A DNA stretch of 64,000 nt. Origin: Squalus acanthias (lineage: Eukaryota). Position 1 is the stretch's first letter; every line of letters begins with the position of its first letter. The stretch is from the NCBI GenBank assembly GCA_030390025.1, contig JASTWF010000180.1, positions 434,001 to 498,000 on the forward strand. Direction: 5' to 3'. The notes beneath the pieces are model-generated. The model saw only the letters and a program-made list of their open reading frames with translations, did not search any database and had not been told where the DNA came from. Below, piece by piece: positions 39,239-52,566 of the stretch. Made by a program: the position numbers and the translations under genes.

Positions 39239-39277
39239 CACAGTGATACAGATCAGACCCAGACTTGTACAAAAACA
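39239..39277 (+). other. 23-RSS of V7
   Basis: CACAGTG + 23 nt + ACAAAAACA. Confidence 0.95.
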
Positions 39278-42200
39278 GAAAAGAGGAAATGCAGCAGTTT
39301 CCGCCATCATCAAACACCAATAAATCCACTGTTGACAGCAGTTCATAGAAACAAAAAACTATACAGCACAGAAAGGGGCCGTTTAGCCCATAATGCCTGT
39401 GCTGGCTCATTCAAAGAGCTATTCAATTAGTCCCACTCTCCTACACTTTTCCCATAGCCCTGTAAGTGTTTCTTTTTCGGGTATTTAACCAATTCCCTTT
39501 TGAAAGTTACCCTTGAATTTGGTCCCACCAGTCTTTCAGGCAGTGCATTCCAGACCATAACAACTCGCTGCGTAATTTATTTATCCTCAAGTCGACTCTG
39601 GTTCTTTTGCCAATTCCCTTAACTCTGTGTCCTTCACCTGAAACAATTTAACTCTGTTTCTGTCTCCACAGATGCTGCCTGACCTGCTGAGACTTTCCAG
39701 CATTTTCTGTTTTAATTTCAGGTTTCCAGCATTCGCAGTATATTGCTTTTGTTTCCATGTTTTTGTACTCTATGCCTCTACTTATAAAGCCAATGATCCA
39801 GATTTACTTTAAAACAGCCTTTTTTACTGGCCCTGCCACTTTAAAGACGTGTGTAGGTATACCCGGTTCCAGCACAACTTTTAAATTTGTACCAAATAGT
39901 TTATTTTGCCTCTCCTCATTCCTCCTACCTAAATGAATCACCTCAAACTACTCTGCATTAAATTTCCTCTGCCGTGTGTTTGGTCATTTCATCACTCTGT
40001 CGATATCGTCCTGAGCTGTGTTACTATCCTCATCACTGTTCACTAGACTTCCGAGTTTCGTGTTATCTGAAAACATTGAAAGTATGCCCTTTACACACAA
40101 GTCCAGGGCATTACTATAAAGATCAAAAAGAATTGTGGCCCCAACACCGAGCTCTGGTGGACACCACTGCACACTTCCTTCCAGTCAGAAAATCAACGGT
40201 TCAACACTATTCTGCGTTCTGCCCCTCAGCTAACTTCGTGATCCCGCAGGTACTGCCTCTTTAATCCCATGTGCTTCAATTTTGCTAACAAGTCTATCAT
40301 GGGGTATTTTATCAAACGCCAATGGAAAATCAATGCACACAAGATGAAACGCAGTACCTTCATCCACCCTCTGTTACTTTATCAAAAAAACTGGAACAAG
40401 TTAGTCAAACACAAATGTTGTTTTATTCTTCGTTCATGGGATGTGGCAAGGCCAGCATTTATTGGCCATCCCTAATTGCCCCAGAGAAGGCGGTGGTGAG
40501 CCGCCTCCTTGAACCGCTGCAGTCGGTGTGCTTTTAGGGAGGGAGTTCCAGGATTTTGACCCAGCGACGATGAAGGATTGGCGATATATTTGTAAGTCAG
40601 GAAGGTGTGTGACTTCGAGGGGAACTTGGAGATGGTGCTGTGCCCGTGCGCCTGCTGCCCTTGTCCTTCTAGGTGGTACACGTCCCGGGTTTAGGGGGTG
40701 GTGCCGAAGAAGTCTTGGTGAGTTGATGCAGTGCATCTTGTAGATGGTAAGCACTGCTGCCACGGTACGCCGGTGTGTGGACGGAGTGAATGTTTAAGGT
40801 GGTGGATGGGGTGCCAATCAAGTGGGCTGCTTTGTCCTGGCCGTTGTAGAGTTTCTTGTGTGTTGTTGGAGCTGCAGTGATCCAGGCAAGTGTAGAGTAT
40901 TCCATCACACTCCTTACTTGTGCCGTGTAGATGGTGGAAAGGCTTTGGAGAGTCAGGAGGTGAGACACTCGCGGCAGAATACCCAGCCTCTGACCTGCTC
41001 TTGTTGCCACTGTATTTATGTGGCTGGTCCAGTTAAGTTTCTGGTCAATGGTGACCCCCAGGATGTTGATGGTGGTGGTTTCAGTGATGGTGATGCATTT
41101 GAATGTCAAGGGGAAATGATTAGACTCTCGCTTGTTGGAGATAGTCATTGCCTGGCAATTGTGTGGCGTCAATGTTAACTGCCACTTATCAGCCCAAACC
41201 TGAACATAAAAACACAAGAACATAATAAATAGGAGCAGGAGTAGGCCATTCGGCCCTTCTAGCCTGCTTCGCCGTTCAATGAGATAATGGCTGATCTTCT
41301 GCCTTAACTCCATTCACCAGCACTATCAGTATAGCCTTTGATGCCCTTACTAGTCAGAAAACTATCGACTTCTGTTCTGAATATACCCAACGACTGAGCC
41401 TCCACAACCCTCTGGGGTAGAGAATTCCAAAGATTCACCAACATCTGTGTGAAAAAACATCCTCTCCTCTCAGTCCAGAAGGGCCTACCCTTTATCCTGT
41501 GGCTCTGGCCCCTGGTCCTAGACCCGCAGCCAAGGGAATCATTCTCCCAGCATCCACCCTATCAAGCTCTGTAACAATTTTGTATGCTTCATTGAGATCC
41601 CCTCTCATTCTTCTGAATTCAAGAGAATACAGGCCTAGTTTACTCAATCTCTTCTCATACGACAGTCCATCCATCCCAGGAATCAATCTCGTGAAACATC
41701 GTTGCACGCTCTCTATGCCAAGTATATCCTTCCTTAGATAAGGAGACCAAAATTGTACACAGTACAGCAGGTGTGGTCTCACCAAGGCCCTATATAATTG
41801 GAGTAAGACTTCTTTACTCATGTACTCAAATCCTCTTGGAATGAAGGCCAGCATATCATTTGCCTTCCTAACGGCTTGCTGCACCTGCACATTCACTTTC
41901 AGTGACTCATGTACAAGGACACCCAGCACCCTTTGAGCATCTGCATTTCCCAATCTTTCACCATTTAGGAAATACTCTGCCTTTCTGTTTTTTCTACCAA
42001 AGTGGATAACTTCACATTTATCCACGTTATATTCTATCTGCTATATTCACGCCCACTCACTGAGCCTGTCGAGATCCCCTTTAAACTGCTTCACATCCTC
42101 TTTGCAATTGACACTGCCACCTAGCTTTGTATCATCAGCAAATTTTGAAATGTTACATTTAGTTCCCTCTTCCAAATCATTGATATAGATTGTGAATTCC

Positions 42201-42909
42201 TGGTGCCCACGCAGCGATCCTTGCGGTACCCCATTAGTCACAGCCTGCCATCCTGAAAAAGACCCGTTTATCCCTACACTTTGTTTTCTGTCTGTTAACT
42301 AATTATCAATCCATGCTATTATATTACCCCCAATACCATGTGCACTAATTTTGTTCACCAACCTCTTGTGTGGTATCTTATCGAAGGCCTTCTGAAAATC
42401 CAAATACACCACTTCTACCGGTTCCCCTTTGTCTGCTCCACTAGTTACATCCTCAAAGAACTCCAATAGGTTTGTTAAACTGGATTTCCCTTTCATCAAT
42501 CCATGTTGACTCTGCCCAATCTTACTATTAGTTTCTAAGTGCCCAGTTATTGCATCCGGTATAATAGATTCCAGCGTCCTTGTGAACGTCCTCCAGGTCT
42601 TGTTGGATGCGGGCATGGACTGCTTCATTATCTGAGGAGTTGTGAATGCCACTGAACACTCTGCAGTCATCAGACCTACGTCAATAATGAGCCATTGTCA
42701 AGGCACAGTTTGTGTTTCGGTGGATGCTGTCACGTGTTTGCAGCCGACGTCGGTTGCATGCAACCAATAGCTGGCGACTTCAAACCCGCCCCTTTCAGAC
42801 TTTTGCATAAAGCCCCATAAGTGAGGTTCGGTTCCAACAATCCAGGACCTGCGTTTCCCACTGAGTGACTGAAGGAACGGCTGCCTAATTTAGCCAAATG
42901 CCCAGAAGC

Positions 42910-43386
42910 ATGAGGTCGGCGATTTCTCTCGGCCTACTGCTTGGTTTCCTATCCAGTGCGTAGCTATAACTGTTCCATAATGTTCCAATCTTTCTGTTTC
43001 TCTGTTAGTCCATCTCGGGATGTGTTACAGAGCCAGGAGTCACTTCACCATTATTAATGCTTCTTTACTTTTATAGGTGTCCAGTCGGATGTGGTGTTGA
43101 CTCAGACAGAGGCAGTGACCAGGCGTCTCGGACAGTCCCTGAGACTGACCTGTAAAACCAGCGGGTTCGATCTTGGCACCGGCTGGATGTACTGGTACCG
43201 ACAAAGCCCCGGGAAGGGAATGGATTGCCTAGTTTGGTACGATAGTAAAGACAACGAGCAGTACCATCAAGAAGTTAGAGCACGAGTTACTGCTTCCAAA
43301 GACCTTTCAAACAATATCTTCGCTTTGACTATCAAGGGATTGACACTGGGAGACAGCGCCACTTATTATTGCTCAGCGCTCAGAGT
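42910..43386 (+). CDS. IgH-like V gene segment V8 (duplicate of V4; leader exon 42910-42955, V exon 43077-43386)
   Basis: Same translation as V4. Confidence 0.92.
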
Positions 43387-43425
43387 CACAGTGATACAGG
43401 TCAGACCCAGACTTGTACAAAAACA
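43387..43425 (+). other. 23-RSS of V8
   Basis: CACAGTG + 23 nt + ACAAAAACA. Confidence 0.95.
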
Positions 43426-46400
43426 GAAAAGAGGAAATGCAGCAGTTTCCGCCATCATCAAACACCAATAAATCCACTGTTGACAGCAGTTCATAGAAAC
43501 AAAAAAATATACAGCACAGAAAGGGGCCTTCAGGCCCATAATGCCTGTGCTGGCTCATTCAAAGAGCTATTCAATTAGTCCCACTCTCCTACACTTTTCC
43601 CATAGACCTGTAAATATTTCTTTTTCGAGTATTTACCCAATTCCCTTTTGAAAGTTACCCTTGAATTTGGTTCCACCAGTCTTTCAGGCAGTGCATTCCA
43701 GCCCATAACAACTCGCTGCGTAATATTTTTATCCTGAAGTCGCCTCTGGTTCTGTTGCCAATTGCCTTAACTCTGTGTCCTTCACCTGAAACAATTTAAC
43801 TCTGTTTCTCTCTCCACAGATGCTGCCTGACCTGCTGAGCCTTTCCAGCATTTTCTGTTTTAATTTCAGGTTTCCAGCATCCGCAGTATTTTGCTTTTGT
43901 TTCCATGTTTTTGTACTCTATGCCTCTACTTATAAAGCCAATGATCCAGATTTACTTTACAACAGCCTTTTCAACTGGTATTGCCACGTTCAAAGACGGG
44001 TGTAGCTATACCCTGTTATAGCACCCCATTTAAAATTGTACCAAATAGTTTATATTGCCTCTCCTCATTCTTCCTACCAAAATGAATCACCTCAAACTTC
44101 TCTGCATTAAAATTCCTCTGCCGTGTGTCTGGCTATTTCATCAATCTGTCTATATCGTCCTGAGCTGTGTTACTATCCTCCTCACAGTTCACTAGATTTC
44201 CGAGTTTCGTGTTATCTGAAAACATTGAAAGTATGCCCCTTACACACAAGTCCAGGGCATTACTATAAAGATCAAAACGAGCAGTGCCCCCAACACCGAG
44301 CACTGGAGGACACGACTGCACACTTCCTTCCAGTCAGAATATCAACCGTTCACCACTATTCTGCGTTCTGCACCTCAGCTAACTTCGTGTTCCCGCAGCG
44401 ACTGTCCCTTCGTTCATGGGATGTAGCAAGGCCAGCATTTATTGTCCATCCCTAATTGCCCTTGAGAAGGCGGTGGTGAGCCGCCTTCTTGAAACGCTAC
44501 AGTTCGTGTGATGAAGGTACTCACACAGTGCTGTTAGGGAGGGAGTTCCAAGATTTTGACCCAGCGACGATTAAAGATCGGCGATATACTTGTATGTCAG
44601 GATGATGTGTGCCTTCGAGGGAAACTTGGAGGTGTTGTTGTTCCCGTGCGCCTGCTGCCCTGGTCCTTCTAGGTGTTAGAGGTGGCGGTTTTGGGAGGTG
44701 CTGCCGAAGAAGCCTTGGTGAGTTGCTGCAGTACATCTTGTAGATGGTACGCACGACAGCCACGTTGCTCCGGTGGTGGAGGGAGTGAATGTTTAAGGTG
44801 TTGGATGGGGTGCCGATCAAGCGGGCTGCTTTGTCCTGGATGGTGTCGAGTTTCTTGAGTGTTGTTGGAGCTGAACTGATCCAGGCAAGTGGAGAGTATT
44901 CCATCACACTCCTTACTTGTGATTTGTAGATGGTGGAAAGTCTTTGGGGCGTCAGGAGGTGAGACACTCGCCGCCAAATACCCTGCCTCTGACCTGCACT
45001 TGTGGCCACAGAATTTATGTGGCTGATCCAGTTAAGTTTCTGGTCAATGGTGATCCCCAGGATGTTGATGGTGGGGGATTCGGCGATGGTAATGTCGTTG
45101 AATGTCAAGGAGAGGTGATTAGACACTCGCTTGTTGGAGTTAGTCATTGCCAATGTTAACTGCCACTTATCAGCCCAAACATTAACATAAGAACATAAGA
45201 ACATAAGAACATAAGAAATAGGAGCAGGAGTAGACCATTCGGCCCTTCGAGCCTGCTCCGCCATTCAATGAGATCATGGCTGATCTTCAGCCTCAACTTC
45301 ATTCACCAGCCCTATCGCCAAACCCCTTGATGCCCTTACTAATCAGAAATCTATCAACTTCTTTTTTGAATATACCCAATGACTGAGCCTCCACAGCCCA
45401 GTGGGCAACAGAATCCAAAGATTCACCATCCTCTGTGTGATGAAATTTTTCTCATCTCAGTCCTGATTGGCCTATCCTTTATCCTGTGGCTGTGGCCCCT
45501 GGTTCTAGACTCCCCAGCCAAGGGAAACATTCTCCCAGCATCCACCCTATCAAGCTCTGTAACAATTTGGTATGCTTCAATGAGATCCCCTCTCATTCTT
45601 CTGAATTCAAGAGAATACAGGCCTAGTTTACTCAATCTCTTCTCATACGACAGTCCCGCCATCCCAGAAATCAATCTCGTGAACCTTCGTTATACGCCCT
45701 CTATGGCAAGTATATCCTTCCTCAGGTAAGGAAACCAACATTGTAGTCAGTACTCCAGGTTTGGTCTCAACAAGAACCTATATAATTGGAATAAGACTTC
45801 TTTACTCCTGTTCTCAAATCCTCTTGTAATGAATGCCAGCATACCATTTGCCTTCCTAATGGCTTGCTGCACCTGCACATTCACTTTCAGTGACTCATGT
45901 ACAAGGACACCCAGTACCCTTTGAGCACCTACATCCCCCAATCTTTCACCAATCAGGAAATTTCTATTTTTTCTACCAAAGTTGATAACTTCACATTTAT
46001 TCACATTATGTTCCATCTGCCATGTTCACGCTCACTCAGTGAGCCTGTCGAAATCCCCATGAAACCTCTTCACATCCTCTTCAAAACTGACACTGCCACC
46101 TAGCTTTGTACTATCAGCAAATTTGGAAATGTTACATTTAGTCCCCTCATCCAATTCATTGATATACATTGTGTATCGCTGGGGCCCAAGCACCGATGCT
46201 TGCGGTACACCACCAGTCACAGCCTGCCATCCTGAAAAAGACCATTTATCCCTACTCTTTGTTTTCTGTCTGTTAACTAATTATCAATCCATGCGAGTAT
46301 ATTACCCCCAATTCCATGTGCCCTAATTTCGTTCACCAACCTCTTGTGTGGGACCTTATCGAAGGCCTTCTGAAATTCCAAATACACCACTTCTTCCGGT

Positions 46401-46886
46401 TCCCCTTTGTCAACTCCACTAGTCACATACTCAAATGACTACTAAAGATTTGTTAAACAGGATTTCCCTTTCTAAATCCATTTTGACTCTGCCCATCTTA
46501 CTATTAATTTCTACGTGCCCAGTTATTGCATCCTTTATAATAAATTCCAGCGTCTATCTGAACGTCGTCCAGATCTTGTTGGATGCGGCCATGGACTGCT
46601 TCATTATCTGAGGAGTTGTGACTGCCACTGAACACTGTGCAGTCATCAGACCGACGTCAATAATGAGCCATTGCAAAGGCACCGTTTGTGTTTCGTTGGA
46701 TGCTGTCACGTGATTGCAGTCGACGTCGATTGCATGCAACCAATAGCTGGCGACTTCAAACCCGCCCCTTCCTGTCTTTTGCATCAAGCCGCATCAGTGT
46801 GGTTCGGGATCCAACAATCCATAACCTGCGTTGCCCAGTGAGTGACTGAAGGAACGGCTGCCTAATTCAGCCAAATGCCCAGAAGC

Positions 46887-47355
46887 ATGAGGTCGGCGAT
46901 TTCTCTCGGCCTACTGCTTGGTTTCCTATCCAGTGCGTAGCTATAATGTTCCGAATTGTTCCAATCTTTCTGTTTCGCTGTTAGTCCCTCTCGGGGGGCG
47001 TTACAGTACCAGGAGTCACCACCATACTTAATGCTTCTTTACTTTTATAGGTGTCCAGTCGGATGTGGTGTTGACTCAGCCAGAGGCAGAGACCAGGCGT
47101 CTCGGACAGTCCCTGAGACTGACCTGTAAAACCAGCGGGTTCGATCTTGGCAACGGCTGGATGTACTGGTACCGACAAAGCCCCGGGAAGGGTTTGGATT
47201 GGCTAGTTTTGTACTATAGTAATGACAAAATCCAGTACCATGAAGAAGTTAGAGAACGAGTTACTGCTTCCAAAGACATTTCAAACAATATCTTCGCTTT
47301 GGGTATGAAGGGATTGACAATGGGAGACAGCGCCACTTATTATTGCGCTCAGAGT
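46887..47355 (+). CDS. IgH-like V gene segment V9 (duplicate of V5; leader exon 46887-46932, V exon 47051-47355)
   Basis: Same translation as V5. Confidence 0.95.
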
Positions 47356-47394
47356 CACAGTGATACAGGTCAGACCCAGACTTGTACAAAAAAC
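47356..47394 (+). other. 23-RSS of V9
   Basis: CACAGTG + 23 nt + ACAAAAAAC. Confidence 0.92.
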
Positions 47395-50300
47395 AGAAAA
47401 GAGGAAATGCAGCAGTTTCCGCCATCATCAAACACCAATAAATCCAATGTTGACAGCAGTTCATAGAAACAAAAAACTATACAGCACAGAAAGCGGCCAT
47501 TCGGCCCATAATGCCTGTGCTGGCTCATTCAAAGAGCTATTCAATTAGTCCCACTCTCCTACACTTTTCCCATAGCCGGGTATGTTTTTCTTTTTCGAGT
47601 AATTATCCAATTCCGTTTTGAAAGTTATCATTGAATTTGGTTCCTCTAGTCTTTCAGGCAGTGCGTTCCAGACCATAACAACTCGCTGCGTAATCTTTTT
47701 ATCCTCAAGTCGCCTCTGGTTCTTTTGCCAATTGCCTTAACTCTGTGTCCTTCACCTGAAACAATTTAACTCTGTTTCTCTCTCCACAGATGCTGCCTGA
47801 CCTGCTGAGCCTTTCCAGCATTTTCTTTTTTAATTTCAGGTTTCCAGCATCCGCAGTATTTTGCTTTTGTTTCCATGTTTTTGTACTCTATGCCTCTACT
47901 TATAAAGCCAATGATCCAGATTTACTTTACAACAGACTTTTCAACTAGTCCTGCCACGTTCAAAGACGGGTGTAGCTATACCCTGTTCCAGCACCCCTTT
48001 TAAAATTGTACCAAATAGTTTATTTTGCCTCTCTTCATTCTTCCTACCAAAATGAATCACCTCAAACTTCTCTACATTAAATTTCCTCTGCGGTGTGTCT
48101 GGCCATTTCATCACTCTGTCGATATCGTTCTGAGCTGTGTTACTATCCTCCTCACTGTTCACTAGATTTCAGAGTTTCGTGTTATCTGAAAACATTGAAA
48201 GTATGCCCTTTACACACAAATCCAGGGCATTACTATAAAGATCAAAAAGAGCAGTGGCCCCACACCGTGCTCTGGAGGACACCACTGCACACTTCCTTCC
48301 AGTCAGACAATCAACCATTCACCACTGCTCTGCGTTCTGCCCCTCAGCTAACTTCGTGTTCCCGCAGGTACTGCCCCTTTAATCCCATGTGCTTCAATTT
48401 TGCTAACAAGTCTATCATGGGGTATTTTATCAAACGCCAATGGAAAATCAATGCACACAACATGAAACGCACTACCTTCATCCACCCTCTGTTAATTTAT
48501 CAAAAAAACTGGAACAAGTTAATCAAACACAAATGTTTTTTTTATTCTTCGTTCATGGGATGTGGCAAGGCCAGCATTTATTGGCCATCCCTAATTGCCC
48601 TTGAGAAGGCGGTGGTGAGCCGCCTCCTTGGACCGCTGCAGTCGGTGTGCTTTTAGGGAGGGAGTTCCAGGATTTTGACACAGCGACGATGAAGGATTGG
48701 CGATATATTTGTAAGTCAGGAAGGTGTGTGACTTCGAGGGGAACTTGGAGGTGGTGGTGTTCCCTTGCGCCTGCTTCCCTTGTCCTTCTTGGTGGTAGAT
48801 GTCCCGGGTTTGGGGGGTGGTGTCGAAGAAGTCTTGGTGTGTTGATGCAGTGCATCTTATAGATGGTAAGCCCTGCTGCCATGGTATGCCGGTGTGTGAA
48901 CGGAGTGAATGTTTAAGGTGGTGGATGGGGTGCCAATCAAGTGGGCTGCTTTGTCCTGGCCGTTGTCGAGTTTCTTGTGTGTTGTTGGAGCTGCAGTGAT
49001 CCAGGCAAGTGTAGAGTATTCCGTCACACTCCTTACTTGTGCCATGTAGATGGTGGAAAGGCTTTGGAGAGTCAGGAGGTGAGACACTCGCGGCAGAATA
49101 CCCAGCCTCTGACCTGCTCTTGTTGCCACTGTATTTATGTGACTGGTCCAGTTAAGTTTCTGGTCAATGGTGACCCCCAGGATATTGATGGTTTTGGATT
49201 CAGTGATGGTGATGCATTTGAATGTCAAGGGGAAATGATTAGACTCTCGCTTGTTGGAGATAGTCATTGCCTGGCAATTGTGTGGCGCCAATGTTAACTG
49301 CCACTTATCGGCCCAAACCTGAACATAAAAACACAAGAACATAAGAAATAGGAGCAGGAGTAGGCCATTCGGCCCTTCTAGCCTGCTCCGCCGTTCAATG
49401 AGATAATGGCTGATCTTCTGCCTTAACTCCATTCACCAGCACTATCAGCATATCCGTTGATGCCCTTACTAGTCAGAAAACTATCGACTTCAGTTTTGAA
49501 TATACCCAACGACTGACCCTCCACAGCTCTCTGGGGTAGTGAATTCCAAAGATTCACCAACATCTGTGTGAAAAGAAATCCTCTCCACTCAGTCCAGAAG
49601 GGCCTACCCTTTCTCCTAAGGCTGTGGCCCCTGGTCCTAGACTCCGCAGCCAAGGGAATCATTCTCCCAGCATCCACGCTACCAAGCTCTGTAACAATTT
49701 TGTATGCTTCAATGAGATCCCCTCTCATTCTTCTGAATTCAAGAGAATACAGGCCTAGTTTACTCAATCTCTTCTCATACGAAAGTCCATCCATCCCAGG
49801 AATCAATCTCGTGAAACTTCGTTGCACGCCCTCTATGCCAAGTATATCCTTCCTTAGGTAAGGAGACCAAAATTGTACACAGTACACCAGGTGTGGTCTC
49901 ACCAAGGCCCTATATAATTGGAGTAAGACTTCTTTACTCATGTACTCAAATCCTCTTGATATGAAGGCCAGCATATCATTTGCCTTCCTAATGGCTTGCT
50001 GCACGTGCACATTCACTTTCGGTGACTCATGTAAAAGGACACCCAGGACCCTTTGAGCATCTGCATTTCCCAATCTTTCACCATTTAGGAAATACTCTGC
50101 CTTTCTGTTTTTTCTACCAAAGTGGATAACTTCACATTTATCCATCTTATATTCTATCTGCTATGTTCTGGCCCACTCACTGAGCCTGTCGAGATCCCCT
50201 TTAAACTTCTTCACATCCTCTTCGCAATTGACACTGCCACCTAGCTTTGTATCATCAGCAAATTTGGAAATGTTACATTTAGTTCCCTCTTCCAAATCAT

Positions 50301-51030
50301 TGATATAGATTGTGAATTCCTGGGGCCCAAGCAGCGATCCTTGCGGTACCCCATTAGTCACAGCCTGCCATCCTGAAAAAGACCCGTTTATCCCTACACT
50401 TTGTTTTCTGTCTGTTAACTAATTATCAATCCATGCTATTATATTACCCCCAATTCCAAGAGCATTAATTTTGTTCACCAACCTCTTGTGTGGGACCTTA
50501 TCGAAGGCCTTCTGAAAATCCAAATACACCACTTCTAACGGTTCCCCTTTGTCTACTCCACTAGTTACATCCTCAAAGAACTCCAATAGGTTTGTTAAAC
50601 TGGATTTCCCTTTCATCAATCCATGTTGACTCTGCCCAATCTTACTATTAGTTTCTAAGTGCCCAGTAATTGCATCCGGTATAATAGATTCCAGCGTCCT
50701 TGTGAACGTCCTCCAGGTCTTGTTGGATGCGGGCATGGACTGCTTCATTATCTGAGGAGTTGTGAATGCCACTGAACACTGTGCAGTCATCAGACCGACG
50801 TCAAGAATGAGCCATTGTAAAGACACAGTTTGTGTTTCGGTGGATGCTATCACGTGATTGCAGTCGACGTCGATTGCATGCAACCAATAGCTGGCGACTT
50901 CAAACCCGCCCCTTTCTGCATTTTGCATAAAGCCCCGTAAGTGAGTTTCGGTATCCAACAATCCAGGACCTACGTGGCCCAGTGAGTGACTGAAGGAGCG
51001 GCTGCCTAATTCAGCTAAATGCCCAGAAGC

Positions 51031-51500
51031 ATGAGGTCGGCGATTTCTCTCGGCCTACTGCTTGGTTTCCTATCCAGTGCGTAGCTATAACTGTTCCATA
51101 ATGTTCCAATCTTTCTGTTTCGCTGTTAGTCCCTCTTGGGTGGCTTCACAGAGCCAGGAGTCACCACCATAATTAATGCTTCTTTACTTTTACAGGTGTC
51201 CAGTCGGATGTGGTGTTGACTCAGCCAGAGGCAGAGACCAGGCGTCTCGGACAGTCCCTGAGACTGACCTGTAAAACCAGCGGGTTCGATCTTGGCAGCA
51301 ATTGGATGTACTGGTACCGACAAAGCCCCGGGAAGGGAATGGATTGGCTAGTTTCGTACCTTAGTCAACACGGCAACCAGTACGATCAAGAAGTTAAAGA
51401 ACGAGTTACTGCTTCCAAAGACCTTTTAAATAATATCTTCGCTTTGAGTATCAAGAGATTGACAATGGGAGACAGCGCCACTTATTATTGCGCTCAGAGT
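51031..51500 (+). CDS. IgH-like V gene segment V10 (duplicate of V6; leader exon 51031-51076, V exon 51196-51500)
   Basis: Same translation as V6. Confidence 0.95.
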
Positions 51501-51539
51501 CACAGTGATACAGGTCAGACCCAGACTTGTACAAAAACA
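51501..51539 (+). other. 23-RSS of V10
   Basis: CACAGTG + 23 nt + ACAAAAACA. Confidence 0.95.
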
Positions 51540-52566
51540 GAAAAGAGGAAATGCAGCAGTTTCCGCAATCATCAAACACCAATAAATCCACTGTTGACAG
51601 CAGTTCATAGAAACAAAAAACTATACAGCACAGAAAAGGGCCATTCGGCCCATATTGCCTGTGCTGGCTCATTCAAACAGCTTATCAATTAGTCACACTC
51701 TCTTACACTTTTCCCATAGCCCTGTAAATTTTTCTTTTTCGAGTATTTATCCAATTCCCTTTTGAAAGTTATCATTGAACTTGGTTCCACCAGTCTTTCA
51801 GGCAGTGCATTCCAGACCATAACAACTCGCTGCGTAATATTTTTATCCTCAAGTCGCCTCTGGTTCTTTTGCCAATTGCCTTAACTCTGTGTCCTAAACC
51901 TGAAACAATGTAACTCTGTTTCTCTCTCCACAGATGCTGCCTGACCTTCTGAGCATTTCCAGCATTTTCTGTTTTAATTTCAGGTTTCCAGCATCCGTAG
52001 TATTTTGCTTTTGTTTCCATGTTTTTGTACTCTATGCCTCTACTTATAAAGCCAATGATCCAGATTTACTTTACAACAGCCTTTTCGAATTGTCCTACCA
52101 CGTTCAAAGACGGGTGTAGGTATACCCTGTTCCAGGACCCCGTTTAACATTGTACCAAATAGTTTATATTGCCTCTCCTCATTCTTCCGACCAAAATGAA
52201 TCACCTCAAACTTCTCTGCATTAAATTTCTTCTGCCGTGTGTCTGGCCATTTCATCAATCTGTCTGTATCGTCCTGAGCTGTGTAATTATCCTCCTCACT
52301 GAATACTAGATTACCGAGTTTCGCGTTATCTGAAAACATTGAAAGTATGCCCTTTACATACAAGTCCAGGGCATTCATTTTAAGATCAAAAAGAGCAGTG
52401 GCCCCAACACCGAGCGCTGGAGGACACCACTGCACACTTCCTTCCAGTCAGACAATCAACCGTTCACCACTATTCTGCGTTCTTCTAACTTCGTGATCCC
52501 GCAGCTACTGACCCTTTAATCCCAAGTGCTTCAATTTTGCTAACAAGTCTATCGTGGGGTTTTTAT

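Larger units (their letters stand above)
18125..40130 (+). repeat. Copy 1 of ~22.15-kb near-identical tandem segmental duplication (boundaries approximate)
   Basis: ORFs recur essentially unchanged at offset 22147-22157 (e.g. 20934/43091, 24916/47065, 29061/51210, 38948/61095). Confidence 0.93.
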